Counted from the stretch's first letter, positions 12,680 through 25,243 are shown. The stretch is DNA of 38,924 nucleotides from Octopus sinensis (GCF_006345805.1 NW_021833467.1:1-38924), one strand, 5' to 3'. The notes: a model not told the origin generated them from the letters alone. Numbers and translations are program-made.

Positions 12680-13538
12680 TATACATAGAAAGTGAAATCG
12701 TAATGTTCCTGGATGAGTTATGTTTAATAAAACTAACTTATATTAACTTCATCTCATTCGGTAAAGTGACCTTGTGCAGGTATACACCGCCAAGCTTTTC
12801 GAATACACCCGATCCAGCTTTCTTGACACTTTTGGAATCCGGCCTCTTGAGGACATCTTGATCTCAACAACGGTGTTAAATTTCCTATTTATCTCGATCT
12901 ATGAACTGTATTTTCATCTTGGGGAAGAGATGGAAGTGACCAGGTGCTGAATCTGGCAAAAAGGACATGCACGGAAGCGATAGCATGTTGCTTTTGGCAA
13001 GAAACCCACGAGTGTGGTGACAGAGTGCATTGTCGTCGTGAAAAATCCAATAATTTGCGCACCACACATCCAGTCAGTCTTCTCGAATGTCATCCTTGAA
13101 AAGCTTTAAAATGTCTAAATTGATCCCTCTTTTGAACTTGGGGTTCGAATTCTCAATGCACAACCCGATGATGTAGAAACAATATTGAAAATGCTCTTGA
13201 TTAAGCTGTCATTCTCTCGTACACCTGTGCACTCGAAACATTATGTACGACCCATTGTCTCGTCGCTATTAGCTTGCCGAATAATGCTCCATCTCTCTAT
13301 AGCAGACTTCCCAATTTTTACGCAAAATTTCATGTTGGTTCTTTCGTCCATACCCGTCCTGTTCATACACGTCATCACAAAAATACAAATTCCACATCGT
13401 GTGAAGTATACACATCGATGTTACTCAGCATACTGCTTCGTGAAGGTCACTGCTCGCTATCACCGTGCTTACAATTGTGTGCATCCACGCGTTGGCGCGC
13501 AATAGAGTTTGTCCGTGAAATTTTGATACAACCGCGTA
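12680..13538 (-). mobile_element. mariner transposon relic, internally deleted
   Basis: WIFHDDNALCH...FLAK...SFLPDSAPGHFHLFPKMK matches the HHDNAP/YSPDLAP.DF.LFPK pattern. N-terminal NMKFCVKIGKSA. TIR-like TAcgcggttgtatcaaaattt at the right end. Confidence 0.8.
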
Positions 13539-13550
13539 TATATATATATA

Positions 13551-14000
13551 TCTCTTATTATAAAAGGCAGATTTTATCTGCCTCCCTTTGGGAGTTATAC
13601 AAATCTACAATATAGGATTTCTTCAATTACAATTTACCTAGCAGTTTTGAGAGTACAATGCATCGCGTCATGCCAGGTTCAGTTTTTAAAATTTAAACTC
13701 CAATTAAGCAAAATTTACAGAAAACTCACATTCTGGTGTGTGTGTCAAATGCTTTTCTTAGTCTGGTTTACACCACACGCAAACGCACACACACAGTGGG
13801 CAACGAATAAAATGAAACTAATTCACTTACTGTAGTGAGTGATTCTTTCACTCTGCCTCCCACTTCTTCTTTCCACACATACACACGCAAATATATAAAT
13901 AAAATTGTAAGCTAACGTGAGTGTGTGTGTGTGCGTGTGTGTGTGTGTGTGTGACGGTGCGTGTGTGTGTGTGCGTGTGCGTGAGTGTGTGACAGGAAAG
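13551..14000 (+). mobile_element. Non-autonomous Helitron 5' portion
   Basis: A|TCTCTTATTATAAAAGG start typical of Helitrons. No 3' end found. Confidence 0.45.
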
Positions 14001-14129
14001 TTTTTTTAGACGAATATAACACCTATATCCAAGTAGCAGAAAGATAAGACAGTAAGGTGTGATTTGGGGGAAATTTTGCTGCTATTTCTACCAGGTCTAG
14101 CTACCATGTAGAGGTCCCCCTCAATTCTT

Positions 14130-14345
14130 TTATTCTTCTGCTTTTTCCAGCCATTGCTCTGTGGCCATGCTGGGGCAATGCCTTGAAGAATTGTAGTTTA
14201 ATGAATCAACTCCAGTTTTATTTTTGTAAGCATTGTACTTATTCTATCTGTTTCCTTTGTCAAACCACTAGGTGACAGGGATGTAAACAAACCAACATTC
14301 GTTGTCAAGCAGTGGTGGAGGAAAATCACAAGCACAGACACGCAC
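14130..14345 (-). mobile_element. Decayed SINE 3' half
   Basis: 'tggccatgctggggca..gccttgaag...gtacttattctatc...gtaaacaaaccaacattcgttgtcaagc' overlaps the family seen at position 1. Confidence 0.6.
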
Positions 14346-14443
14346 ACACACACACACACATACATACATACATACATACATACATACATACATACATACA
14401 TACATACAATACATACATACATATATATGTGTGTATATATATA

Positions 14444-14700
14444 TTGCAGCGTAGAAGGTGTTTGTAAGCCATTTAAGAAACACAAAAACCGTTAAATTCA
14501 CTTCAACATTTAAATTTAATTTGCCAAAATATTTTCGTCGCTTTGAGACCGCGACCTGTTCACTGACAAAAATATCGTGCTAACAGGTCGCGGTCTCAAA
14601 GCGACGAAAATATTTTGACAAATTTAATTTAAATGTTGAAGTGAATCTAACGGTTTTTGTGTGTTTCTTAAATGGCTTATAAACACCTTCAACGCTGCAA
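14444..14700. repeat. Fold-back element: ~117-bp inverted arms with a 21-nt spacer
   Basis: 14444-14560 is a near-perfect reverse complement of 14582-14700. Confidence 0.95.
14520..14570 (-). ncRNA. Minimal hammerhead with swapped G3-C8 core
   Basis: tttgtca-GTGAACA-g-gtcgc-ggtctcaaa-gcgac-GAAA-atat-TT-tggcaaa. Confidence 0.6.
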
Positions 14701-14862
14701 CTGTTTTCGTTCCAGCACACGATCTCAGATCAAGTCACTTGCTATGCATGTACATCTCTGTAACTATATATATATTTATATATATATATATATGTATATT
14801 GGTAAAAACAGTAAGATAACAAAAGAAAGAAAGAGACCTCAATATTATGTAAATAGAGGAAA

Positions 14863-15257
14863 TCTTTATATATAAAAGTGAGGTTGTGTGTCTGTCTCCT
14901 ACGATTTAGATTCCTAACTACTCCCACATTTTGCGGTGCAGTTTAACCAAAACCGGGTATCTTATAGTCGTGATTCATATCGAGACCGTCTGGGTATTAG
15001 CGCGCGTCTACGATGAGTCTACGATTTAAAAAAAAAATTTACCATCAATTTTTCCCATTTTTAATCCATTTTTGACATATATAAGGGAAGTAACTCTCTA
15101 AAATTTATTATTAAATCTCAGAACGTAAAAAGCTACAGTAACACCCCTCCCCCTTTGAGGTTAGCCATATTGAGATGGCTATTATACTTACATCTCTAAA
15201 AATGCTTATATAATTATTTCCCTTACAAACCCGAGCAACGCCGGGCGATACTGCTAG
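14863..15257 (+). mobile_element. Complete 395-bp non-autonomous Helitron
   Basis: A|TCTTTATATATAAAAG ... hairpin cccgagcaacgccggg ... CTAG|T. Confidence 0.85.
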
Positions 15258-15310
<53 letters not shown>

Positions 15311-15606
15311 ATTATATATATATATATATCATATATATACAAGCAGTAATAATTGTCGTCGATCGGGTAATTCTACTGTTTCTCGGGACAAAAAACTTGA
15401 AAATGGGTATTTCATATAGAAAAATAGCTTTACGGTATCCAGGTCCACTATTTATGGACAACCTATAATTCGGGATTGAGAAATTTGAAAATGAAATTCG
15501 TAAGCAATCATAGATAACCACATACACTTGCATTTATACACACATATATGTATTTTTATGTCTATATATATCTGTATGTGTGTGTGTGTGTGCGTGAGTG
15601 TGTGTT

Positions 15607-15659
<53 letters not shown>

Positions 15660-15763
15660 ATATATATATATATTATATATATATATATAGAGTTGTGGGG
15701 TATCGCACGAGTGGAATTATATACGAAAGAAGGTTTGAAAATGCAATTTAAAAGATGTTTATT

Positions 15764-15805
15764 TACTTAACCGGTTTCACTCTTTGGTAAAAAATTGTCA
15801 AAAAT
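15764..15805 (-). ncRNA. Minimal hammerhead-like motif with U3-A8 core (weak stem II)
   Basis: tattt-TTGACAA-ttttttaccaaagagt-GAAA-ccgg-TT-aagta. Confidence 0.4.
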
Positions 15806-16174
15806 AACATTGAATAATATGGGTTCAAAAAAGTTTTTTACATAATTGTCACATTGAATATTATGAATTCAAAAATGTTTTTTTATACATAATTGTCACA
15901 TTACATGTATAAATATAGTGTTTGGTAACAGAGAAATTCAATAGTGTGATGAGAATATTTGGAAAAATTGGCAGAAAAGAATAAAACAAATATATTATTG
16001 GAAATTTGGTTGCGTTAATTATTGGTTGTCGCAAATTGTCACATTACATGTATATATATACAGCCTTTGGTAGAAAGGACATGTTAAAGACACAAGGAAG
16101 TGCAATAGTTTGGTGAGAAAATTTGTAATATTGCCAGAAAAAATGGATATTTTATACATCTCAGAATATTTTGA

Positions 16175-16287
16175 GTTGAAGGCGAGAATTTGTTTTTACT
16201 GACCTGTTGGCTTTAGCAGAAAAGTTGAATTGAGAGAAAAAAATGTTGTACCCAACAGGTCAGTAAAAACAAATTCTCGCCTTCAAC
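16175..16287. repeat. Perfect 36-bp inverted repeat with a 41-nt spacer
   Basis: gttgaaggcgagaatttgtttttactgacctgttgg (16175-16210) and its reverse complement (16252-16287). Confidence 0.95.
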
Positions 16288-16316
16288 ACACACACGCACA
16301 CACACACACACACACA

Positions 16317-16738
16317 TATATATAAATAAACGCAATGAATATCTGATTCATAATATTTGTTCTCATGATTGTGTGGTGTTTGTAGCGATGATAATTCTCC
16401 CTATGACTGCCGACAGATACATCAAAGAAAGCCGTCTGACGACCTTATAAAGGGAAAGTGAAAGGGAGTTGAGGGGAATACATTAAATAACGGGAGTGGA
16501 CATTGTCAACGTTATGAATGAAGGGGAGTAAGAGAGGGAAAGGAGGAAATAACGTGAGTGAGGATGATGGCCCCTAGCAACCACACCTTTTAAGATAGGG
16601 ATTTCTAAGGTAGCCCACGAGCATCATCATCTCATTCTACATGTCCCTTTAAACTTTGGAGCGAATAGGACGGGTCGTAGTGGCATTGAAAGCAACCCAA
16701 GGGGTAAAAACGCATTTCAGTTTTATATATAGAGAAGA
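16317..16738 (-). mobile_element. Helitron 5' segment (copy at 26473-26895; inverted paralog at 5643-6055)
   Basis: Minus strand starts A|TCTTCTCTATATATAAAACTGAAATGCG. Confidence 0.7.
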
Positions 16739-16749
16739 TATATATAAAT

Positions 16750-17015
16750 GAATCAAATAAACGTCCAAGGCTGTGAAAGATTTCAGAACATTTATAGAGA
16801 GGTCTTCCAGCTGTTCCAGGGATATTTTATATATCCTTTCATCGAAGACGGTGTGAGAAAATGGTTAAGCAATAGTTATTCTAGAATAACTATTGCTTAA
16901 CCATCTTCTCGCACCGTCTCCGATGAAGAGATACATAAATATCCCGGAAACAGCTGTAACGTCTTCTCTTTAGAAATGTTCTTAAATCTTTCTTAGCCTT
17001 GCATCTTTATTTCCT
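16750..17015. repeat. Spacerless palindrome of a PLE-type terminal repeat with HHR-like motifs in both arms (copy ~26907-27170)
   Basis: Perfect 44-bp palindrome at 16861-16904 with diverged outer arms. The right arm reads gtct-CCGATGA-agagata-cataaa-tatcccg-GAAA-cagctg-TA. Confidence 0.8.
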
Positions 17016-17142
17016 TCTGTTAATTTTATACATATAGATGTTAAAATATGACCAACGTTGGACTCCTCATTTGCATGTCCATAGCACTTACTCAGCTTTC
17101 ACTCACACATTTGGTTCTCCTTGACAACTTTACATCTCATAT

Positions 17143-17187
<45 letters not shown>

Positions 17188-17312
17188 ATAGTAGTAGTTG
17201 TAGTAACAGAAAAGAGGAATTTTGATTACCCCCACGTGGTGAGGTGTCATGTATATAAGAAATTAAAAAAGGAAAATACGCACACTTACATAGTTTTAAT
17301 ATAATTTTTAAT

Positions 17313-17347
17313 ATATTGACCGGTTTCGATATCGCTATTCATGATAT
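17313..17347 (-). ncRNA. Minimal hammerhead with A3-U8 core (copy 27469-27503)
   Basis: atatc-ATGAATA-gcgatatc-GAAA-ccgg-TC-aatat, ~280 bp downstream of a PLE ORF end on the same strand. Confidence 0.5.
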
Positions 17348-17627
17348 TATATTTTACTTATTTGAATATATATTTTTTCTTAGAAAGAAATTTTGTCCAT
17401 GTTATGTTTGATGAAATTCAGGAGTGAATGACTTCACAAGTGGATAAATAAGGGCGGTTATTGGTTGTCGTTATTCATGTTATTGTTGTGGGTAAGGGAG
17501 ATAACGGTTCAGCTTTCGGTAATTATATAGGAGTACAGACAGACAAGTTTCAAAAACCTTGTTTAGTAGGGGATTTATGTACAGTGATGTAATTGTGAAT
17601 TGAAATATATAAAAAGATAACAGTTGG

Positions 17628-18180
17628 TTATGCGTGGATATTAAGGCGTTTTCTTGTATTTTCAATGAAAAAAGTTTCTTTATTTAAACGCTCTAGTTGA
17701 GAGATTGCGTCTTTGCACTGGTAAAAAGGGAAGAGTGTGAAATTTGGTTTGATGTTACCTGCACATGTTTCTATATGTTCACTGAAAGAAATTTGTCTGT
17801 ATTCCGGGAAACGGATTTGCCCTTTATTTAGAGTGGTTCTCTTTCTCAAGGTCATACTCGATGGTCCAATATAGTGGTGTCATCAACCCGAGCAGGTTAT
17901 TACATGAATTTGGTTTTCAGATGCACAAGTGAAACTAGTTTTAATTTGAACCTCTGTCCTTGTTTGAAAAGTAAGTCCGAGCCTTCAAGCAGGTTGGGGC
18001 AGGTTCCACAGTTTGGGCGTCCATATTTTTCAACCATTGGTTTTTTGGTTGCTTTGTAAAGCTTCGCGTTTGTTAGTAGTCTGGATCCCATCAGACACAT
18101 CGATAAAGTTGTGTTGTGACTAAAGATTTTGAGTGTCATCTGACATGTAGTTATGCTGCCATCTAGTTGGGGAACGAATA
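17628..18180 (-). pseudogene. Penelope-like GIY-YIG endonuclease domain, 5'-truncated
   Basis: GRPNCGTCPNL...YIGPSSMTLRKRTTLNKGQIR...SEHIETCA...RLNKETFFI. Homologous to the C-terminus of the 9250-11280 element. Confidence 0.85.
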
Positions 18181-18378
18181 AAATACAAATAAGACTGCAG
18201 AGATGCAAAAGATTCAAATATGAACGAGGAAGTCTTGCGTTCCTCTTTAGATAAAGTGACCTAATGAGCTTTCGCTTTCATAACTGCTTAGAGGGAAAAG
18301 AAAGTAGTAGAAGAGAAAGAAGAAAGAAAATAGGGAGAAGAGGAAAACGAATACTCAGTCAAAAATAAATGTAATTAT

Positions 18379-18455
18379 TGGAGATCTTATTCCTTGTCTC
18401 TCTGCAGTGGAGATCTTATTCCTTGTCTCTCTGCAGTGGAGATCTTATTCCTTGT
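18379..18455. repeat. 29-bp tandem repeat x2.7 (copy ~28546-28623)
   Basis: Unit tggagatcttattccttgtctctctgcag. Confidence 0.9.
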
Positions 18456-19059
18456 CAGCTGTGTATACCTCTGTTCCTCACTTTGAGATGTTCTGTTTTT
18501 TTCGTAGTGCACAGTCTGTTCGTTTCTTGGTATGCTTCCCTTTCTGCAGCTGTCTCTCTTTCCCTGGACAGAGACATTTTTTGGCTTTACCTTGACATTG
18601 TACAAAAATTTGACACCTTCCTTCTAGGCATGGTTATACAGAAATACACGGCGAAGAAGATAGTAAACAATGAAAATAACTGGGTAACGAAAATTATATT
18701 TCTTAATACGACAAGCAGAACATTAACAAGATAGTTTTCCGGACAATAAAGAATTGTACGTGTTGAAGCGAAATTTGTTACTAACTGAACCAAAGTGCCA
18801 GTATCGAAGGAACCAGAAATAAGCCATTAACAACACATAAGCAAAAAACCGGCGCAAAAGTAAATAAGAAATTTTTAGGGAAATTAACTATGTGCGCGGG
18901 TTTAAGTGAAATGTTTGAAGTTACTCCTGGCAGTAAATTATGAACTTACATTTATTAGTAATTCCTTCAACAACAACAAAAAGAAAACACAAAACGTTGC
19001 AAAAGTAAATAAGAAATTTACAGAAGTGTACGGATTGAAGTGGAATTTATGACGTTACA

Positions 19060-19935
19060 GCCCCCGGGAACATCTGCAGAGAAATAGAAAGATTCCAGCA
19101 TCTCACCTCAACCTTTTCTTTCCAATGTCTTTAATGACTGCATCAGCGATCCCTTTCTGCTCGTTGGTAAGGGTTGCAATGAGTGGGTGGTTCATGTCAT
19201 CTTTCTGCTCAACCTGTTACATTCCAGTTGGTACAAGCAAGCTAATATTAATGCAGCTAGTGCCATTTTCAATAAACACAGAATTTATGGAGTGTAGAGT
19301 CTGCATTCAGCCCTCGGTGAGCATAATCTTCCATCATAGAATTCTTGTCAGTATTCCACAGGCGAAGAACATTGGAAGGATTTGAATAGGTGCAGAGGAC
19401 AGCAAACGTAATACGCAACTGAAATGGCATCCGATACGCAGCAGCTTCAAGTATAGTATGTTCCAAACCCTCATCATTTTGGAGGAGACCAACTCATATG
19501 TACGCATCTTTAAATGTTGCATAGATTCCACCTCCTACACTGCTCACTTCTCAAAGCGCTTAGCACCTGGAACATCCAAAATACCAATTTTGAATAAATT
19601 TTTTTTACGTCCTTAAGGTTTTCAGGGTGCAGTTATTTCATTGAAAGGGGTAAAATTGTAGCGCCTTATATAAACCGTTCTTTTGAAACGTATTTCACAC
19701 TTTCGTAATTGTACATTTTCACTCCTGGCACCTCCAATCTCTTGTTGTTCAATTAAGTGCATGTTCCCATATAACTCAGCCTAAGGATTTACTTGTTGCA
19801 CATGACATCCATTCTTTGAGAAGAGCTTTGGGAGTTCTGACTTGCTTCCACTCTGCGATGCATTAATAATATACAACTGACTGTACTGCAGGTGACCATT
19901 GACAGTTCGTAGTGTTGTGCGAAGTTTGGCCCTGA
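19060..19935 (-). pseudogene. Helitron RepHel relic, downstream part (copy ~29229-30105)
   Basis: IQGQ...LQYSQLYII, then LEAAAYRMPFQLRITFAVLCTYSNPSNVLRLW...MMEDY and LTNEQKGIADAVI just before a broken PIF1 Walker-A region. Confidence 0.85.
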
Positions 19936-19939
19936 ATAC

Positions 19940-22900
19940 GTTCTATATCCTGGTATTGGATATATAATTTAACGAATCTGTTTACACGACGCAATACGAT
20001 TACTATTACATGAGACTCGACGCTCTCTGCCAACGGATCATAGGGAAATGCTTACCAATCAATTGTTCACAATCAATTGCTTACGACTAGACTGTTCTCC
20101 ATGTAATGGAAATGTGTCAGACCACTTTTAGTCACTTGTAATGTTGTCAGAATCTTTCCACAGCATATCCCCTTTATAGAATTAGTCTCCCCTAAATTCT
20201 CCACTTGAGAATTAAAGTCACTCAGAGTTTTAATATCTCTTATGCTTAGGGCTCAATTCTTGTTTCCGTTCTTTTCGTTTTCAGGTGCTAGAACGTGTAA
20301 TTGCAAATTGTTTCTGTGCTGGTACCTCAAACGTGTCGTGCAATACTTTCATGAGAAATTCACTTCTTTTGTCTGATTTTTCCTTGAATCAGGTTTTAAG
20401 TTGGTTAATAAGTCTTTTATGTTCGATAATTGTTTTTACCTTTTACCAGGAATATCATTCTTGCAATTTATTTAACAATTGTACCATCCTCCCAGCCTTG
20501 TTTAATATATGTATAGGTCTTTAATAAAGTTTGTCAGCTAACTTGAAGAATTTTGAAATATTATTCCTTTTTTTTTTATTTTCACTCGGTATCGGCTGAT
20601 CAAAGATGGATCTGATTATTCTAACAAACATCAAATATCTTTGTAACCAGAGATGTTTGCTTTCTACGTTTATGCACTTCAGACCGTGTTGAAAAACATT
20701 CCCCAACAACGAAGTGACATGAAACCTTAAGTGGTTTTGGCCACGGGTGCCATTTTGTGACGGGTGTATTATGAGCTATCACTATATCTTCAATGTTACA
20801 GTCCGTTGTTGGCCAGTATACCTAACTTCTCATTAACGATTTCATTATTGAAATCCCTTTGACTCAATATGAAATTCCTTTAGTAATTGCTTTTGTAGTG
20901 TGGCTGGCACTACGACTCTTTGTGCATACATCAGCACATTGTCACACCTTGTGATAGGCTCGAATATCTTTTATCTCTTTTACCCTTTTGCATTTCTTTC
21001 ATTTTTTAGTGAATATATCGTTTCCCAATTGTAATTTTATATCTTGTAAGGTAAATAGCAGTTCACGCATGGAGTTATACCGTTTGCTTTTAATTTCATT
21101 TTCTATTCGCAAAGTAGCAATCACGGTATCTTCAAATGGTTCAGCATTTTCTGAAATCTGTCTTGATAAAGAATTACCGTGTCCTAATTATTTAGATGGG
21201 ATATACTCTATCTTAAATTCATAGTTTAATGATACAGTACCCCAGCGTTGCAGCCTATTAGCAGTACGGCTAGATCTTTATTTCTTTTACTCGTATACTG
21301 ATAATAACGGACGATGATCTGTCTGTATTCAAAAACGTCTGCCGTGTAAAAATCTATGCTATTTTTTAAGCCAAAAATAATTACAAGAGCCTCTTTTTTG
21401 ATTTGGCTGTGAGTTTTTTCTGCTGATATCAAGAACCACCGCCTTCCTGTTACCATCTTTTTATTTATGTAGCATTACTGCGCCAATACAGTATTCAGAG
21501 GCATCTGAAGTTACAACATTCTCCGCTACAGAATCGAAGCGTGCTAACAACAAATCAGATGTTAATATTTTAAAATTTCGTCGAATTCCCTTTGACAATT
21601 TTCAGAGCAATTTCAATTGACATTTTTTAAATACATAATCTACTGTAACGCTTACCCTATGCATATTTAGAATATAATTTTGGTAATAATTTGCTTGTCT
21701 CCAAAGCAATCATGTAAGGCCGTCATATTTGTCGGAGGGTCATGTATTTAATTGCGTCTGCCTTCAACGGATCTGGTCCTCGTCCATTTCTTTCAATTTT
21801 ATTTTCGGTAATAAAAAATTTCACGCTTTCTTTTTCAATGTAATCCCTAATTTTTTCGAACATATATATTACTTGCTCTACATGGTGATCCCGTGATTCG
21901 CATTTAATGAGTATATCATCCAGATATGGAAATGCAAATTTACTATCGCTAACACTGCATCCATAAGCTGTTAAAAAATCGGTGTGACATTAAAGACATA
22001 TAATAACCTGTTGTATATATATATATATATGCGTTAAGTTTTAGGTATTTATAGCATTCATCGTCTACGCTAATATGTAGGCACGCGTCGGAGACATCCA
22101 ATTAAGAAAATACCTTGTGGAAAGTTTTAAGACACTCATTTAAACCAGTGGAAAAAATCAGCATACACTCTGATTTTGTTTATTTGTTTCTAATGCTGCA
22201 AAAGCTTATCCGTTCCAACGATGCAAAAGTTACAGTTCGTTTATATTTAAATACCGGTTTGGCATTTACTTTTACTTGGAACTTCGTTTTCGTTGTGATG
22301 CTCAGATCTAATTTATCAGAAAGAACTTCAAGAAAAATCTTTTAAAATTATTTCTACAAATCGTCTGACGATTCATTTGTATTGGCAAGAAAATCATTCA
22401 CATTTTTACTGAAAAGATTTATGGGGAGTTCCCATAAGTTAAACAATTCTATTCAGTGTTCCGAATAAATTTGTGATATCTTTGGTTTTTATGGTTTTCC
22501 TACGAAATGGGACGTGATTTATCATTACACCATTAAAATGTAATTATTTTCCTGAAACACCACCTACAATTTTCGAAATGTCTTTTAATCTAGGAATTCT
22601 GTTTTTTTCTATATATCTGTGTTAATTATCGAGATATAACTGCCTTTATCTAGTTGCAACTTTACGTCCACAAATTTCCTTTGAGGCTGTTCGTTTTTTG
22701 GTCACCGATAACCTGTTTTCGTGTTTTCTTTCTGTTGAAATGTTTTCCAGGTTTTTTCTACAGTGTGATTGTTTATGATCTCTCTTGCCACATTTGACTC
22801 CTTTTATATTTTTAAACGGGCAATTACTTTTAAAATGTTGACCACCGCCCCATAAGATTATTCGATCTTGACATTTTTTCTCTTATTTCTTATCCGTGAC

Positions 22901-24139
22901 GCTGGAGACACTGGAATATGAGAGCAATCTCTTTCTTCAATTTCGGGCGTCGCTTTCTTCATTTTTTTCTGCGTTGTCTTTCCTGACATTCTTCTGCTTC
23001 TGTCTGTAGAGTTACTTTTTGTCCAGTTCTAATTTTGTTGACATCCGTGAACATATATCTCCATCTTTGCTTGCAGTTAGGCCTTAAACCAAAAATATAA
23101 AATTGAACATCATCTTAATTCATATAATTTGAATTATTTACACTTTCCGTTAACATCCTCGGCACAGGTGACGAAATCTTCATGTTTTTGGACAAAATAT
23201 AAAAACTGTCCTCAAAGTATTTAGCAGAGAACTTCTTTCACTGAAACGTTTAGATAAAATTTCGTATTTCGGATTTTAAACGGGCAGTTACTTTTAAAAT
23301 GTAGACCACAACATGGACTCCTTCTTGACATTTTTTGTCTTATTTCTGGTCCGTTACGGTGGAGACACTGGAATATGAGAGCAATCTTTTTCTTCATTTT
23401 TTTCTGCGTCGAGTCCCCTGGCATTTTTCTGCTTCTGTCTGTAGAGTTAATTTTTATCCAGTTCTAAATCATTTGATAAAATATTAATAGTTTTTATTGA
23501 AACAAATCTCACCTGACTTCTTCGGCAGAATATAATTACTATATATTTTTTGTATTTGGCAAAAGGATACCTGTCTTACAAGGTAGTCGTACTATTTTCC
23601 CTCTCAGATCAATTTTTAAATTCTTCTTTGAGAATTTCTTCGTATCTTCGAAATTATGCAGAGAAGGTAATCCCATCTTCTGGATTATAACTGAATACTT
23701 CAATAGAGATTGCTACGCTGTCTGGCAAGTTTAACATTAATTCCAGCAACTATTGGTTTCGTTGTTGTTGCTGTTGTAGTTGCTCTTGTTGTTGTTACAA
23801 TTGTTGCTGTTGCAACTGCACCACAGACGCCAATAAGCCTTCTATCTTAAACGATTTTTCTTTGGTTTCATACCCATCCCAAACAAATTTAAACATCCAA
23901 CGCAAACTTCGAAGAACTCTTCGCCACTTTTATACCCTGGTTTGGAACATATGATTTTAGTAATCAGGGGGAAAGAAAGTGTTTACACGATGCGACACGA
24001 TTACCCAACGCTCTCTGTCAATGGCTCACAGTGAACTATTTACCAATTAATTGATGAAGACTCGACAGTTGTCTATTTAATAGGAATATGTCAGTACCCT
24101 TCTAGTCAATTGGAAGGTGGTTGGAATCCTTCCACAACA
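19940..24139 (-). mobile_element. Gypsy LTR retrotransposon, old and decayed
   Basis: LTRs at 19940-20165 and 23927-24139 (starting TGCTGTGGAA and TGTTGTGGAA). PBS TGGCGAAGAG, PPT TAAAGGGGATA, TSD ATAC at 19936-19939 and 24140-24143. Coding motifs: gag knuckle CGLHFKSNCPFK, protease LQLDKGSYISII, RT PYLDDILI, RNase H SQIKKEALVIIF. Confidence 0.9.
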
Positions 24140-24143
24140 ATAC

Positions 24144-24915
24144 AGAAACAATGTAGACCTCTTCCTTGCGGCACAGAGAGTGTCACACCAAATGACGTAA
24201 AGGAAGACATGCAGTTGTAATTGCTGATGTTTTTTTCGAAATGAAGCAGACTCTTGGTAATTTTTTTCAGACAAACGCTTCAATGTCTGAAAGTTTAGTT
24301 GCAGTGGAGAAAAATTCACTTTATTATTGTGACAGAACAATGAAGTTTACATATTTAAAGTTCAGTGCTCCACAATACTCGCAATATAAGTACATATCAC
24401 CAATACGATAGGTTCGTTTAGGATTATTGTGTCTGTTCAGTGGTAGTCCATGTCTTCCTTCACGCTTTCGTTGCACCAGTTCATCTCGCAAACGTAACGC
24501 CTGTTCAGCATTCATACTTGCAACTCCATCTTGATGTCTCTCTGTTTGATCTTGGAGACAAGCAGCCCTTTCCAAATCATCCATATTCTCCCTTCTCTGT
24601 TACATAACATTTTTCTGTTGGTCCTGATACTGCGCACGCTGCATATCATTCATGTTTTCCATTCTCCGCAGAAATATCAATCTTTGTTGTTCCTCGTACT
24701 GTGTTTGTTCTTCCTCATCCTGTCTTCTACTTTGGTCTCGCATTCTCTCTCATTACAAATGTGCCTTGCGTTGCTGTTCATCTATTGCAGATTGGCTCAT
24801 CTGTTGGTACCATTTGTCCCTTTCTCTGGTTTCTTACCGCTGTTCTTCTCTTATACGCTGCCTGTAGTGCATAACCCTCTCGCTAGTAGCTTCTAATCTT
24901 CTTTAACTTTCCATT
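24144..24915 (-). pseudogene. Helitron RepHel relic, N-terminal part (copy ~34342-35113)
   Basis: R/E/Q-rich coiled-coil repeats, then IGDMYLYCEYCGALNF...CHNNKV...ESASFRK...YNCMSSFTSFG...GRGLHCF, the Helitron N-terminal zinc-finger region. Confidence 0.85.
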
Positions 24916-25157
24916 GTTCAGTCACGTTTTGTAATTTGCTTATTTCATAAGCACAGCTTTGGAAAAAGGATCAAATAACCTTAAATTGCGAATTTCTATC
25001 TCCCCCATAGCGGAAGCACTACCAACGGCGGCATGTATGAGAAGCAGTAACAACATTAATCGGGGTCTTGTAGAGATGGAATTTACTGTGTCCACCTTTA
25101 TTTTAATTGAAATATATATATTTTAATTATAGTGTATATTTTTCTTAACTGTAATAT

Positions 25158-25243
<86 letters not shown>

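Noticed and set aside
16881-16884. CTAG at the palindrome centre as the Helitron 3' end
   Set aside because: No short GC-rich subterminal hairpin; it is simply the symmetry centre.
18258-18295. HHR-like GAAAGCTC on the minus strand
   Set aside because: No convincing NUGANNA core or stem II.
18379-18455. 29-bp repeats as a CRISPR array
   Set aside because: Head-to-tail with no spacers; eukaryotic context and no cas genes.
24531-24896. Hydrophobic 121-aa plus-strand ORF as a membrane protein
   Set aside because: It is the antisense shadow of the charged Helitron N-terminal repeats.
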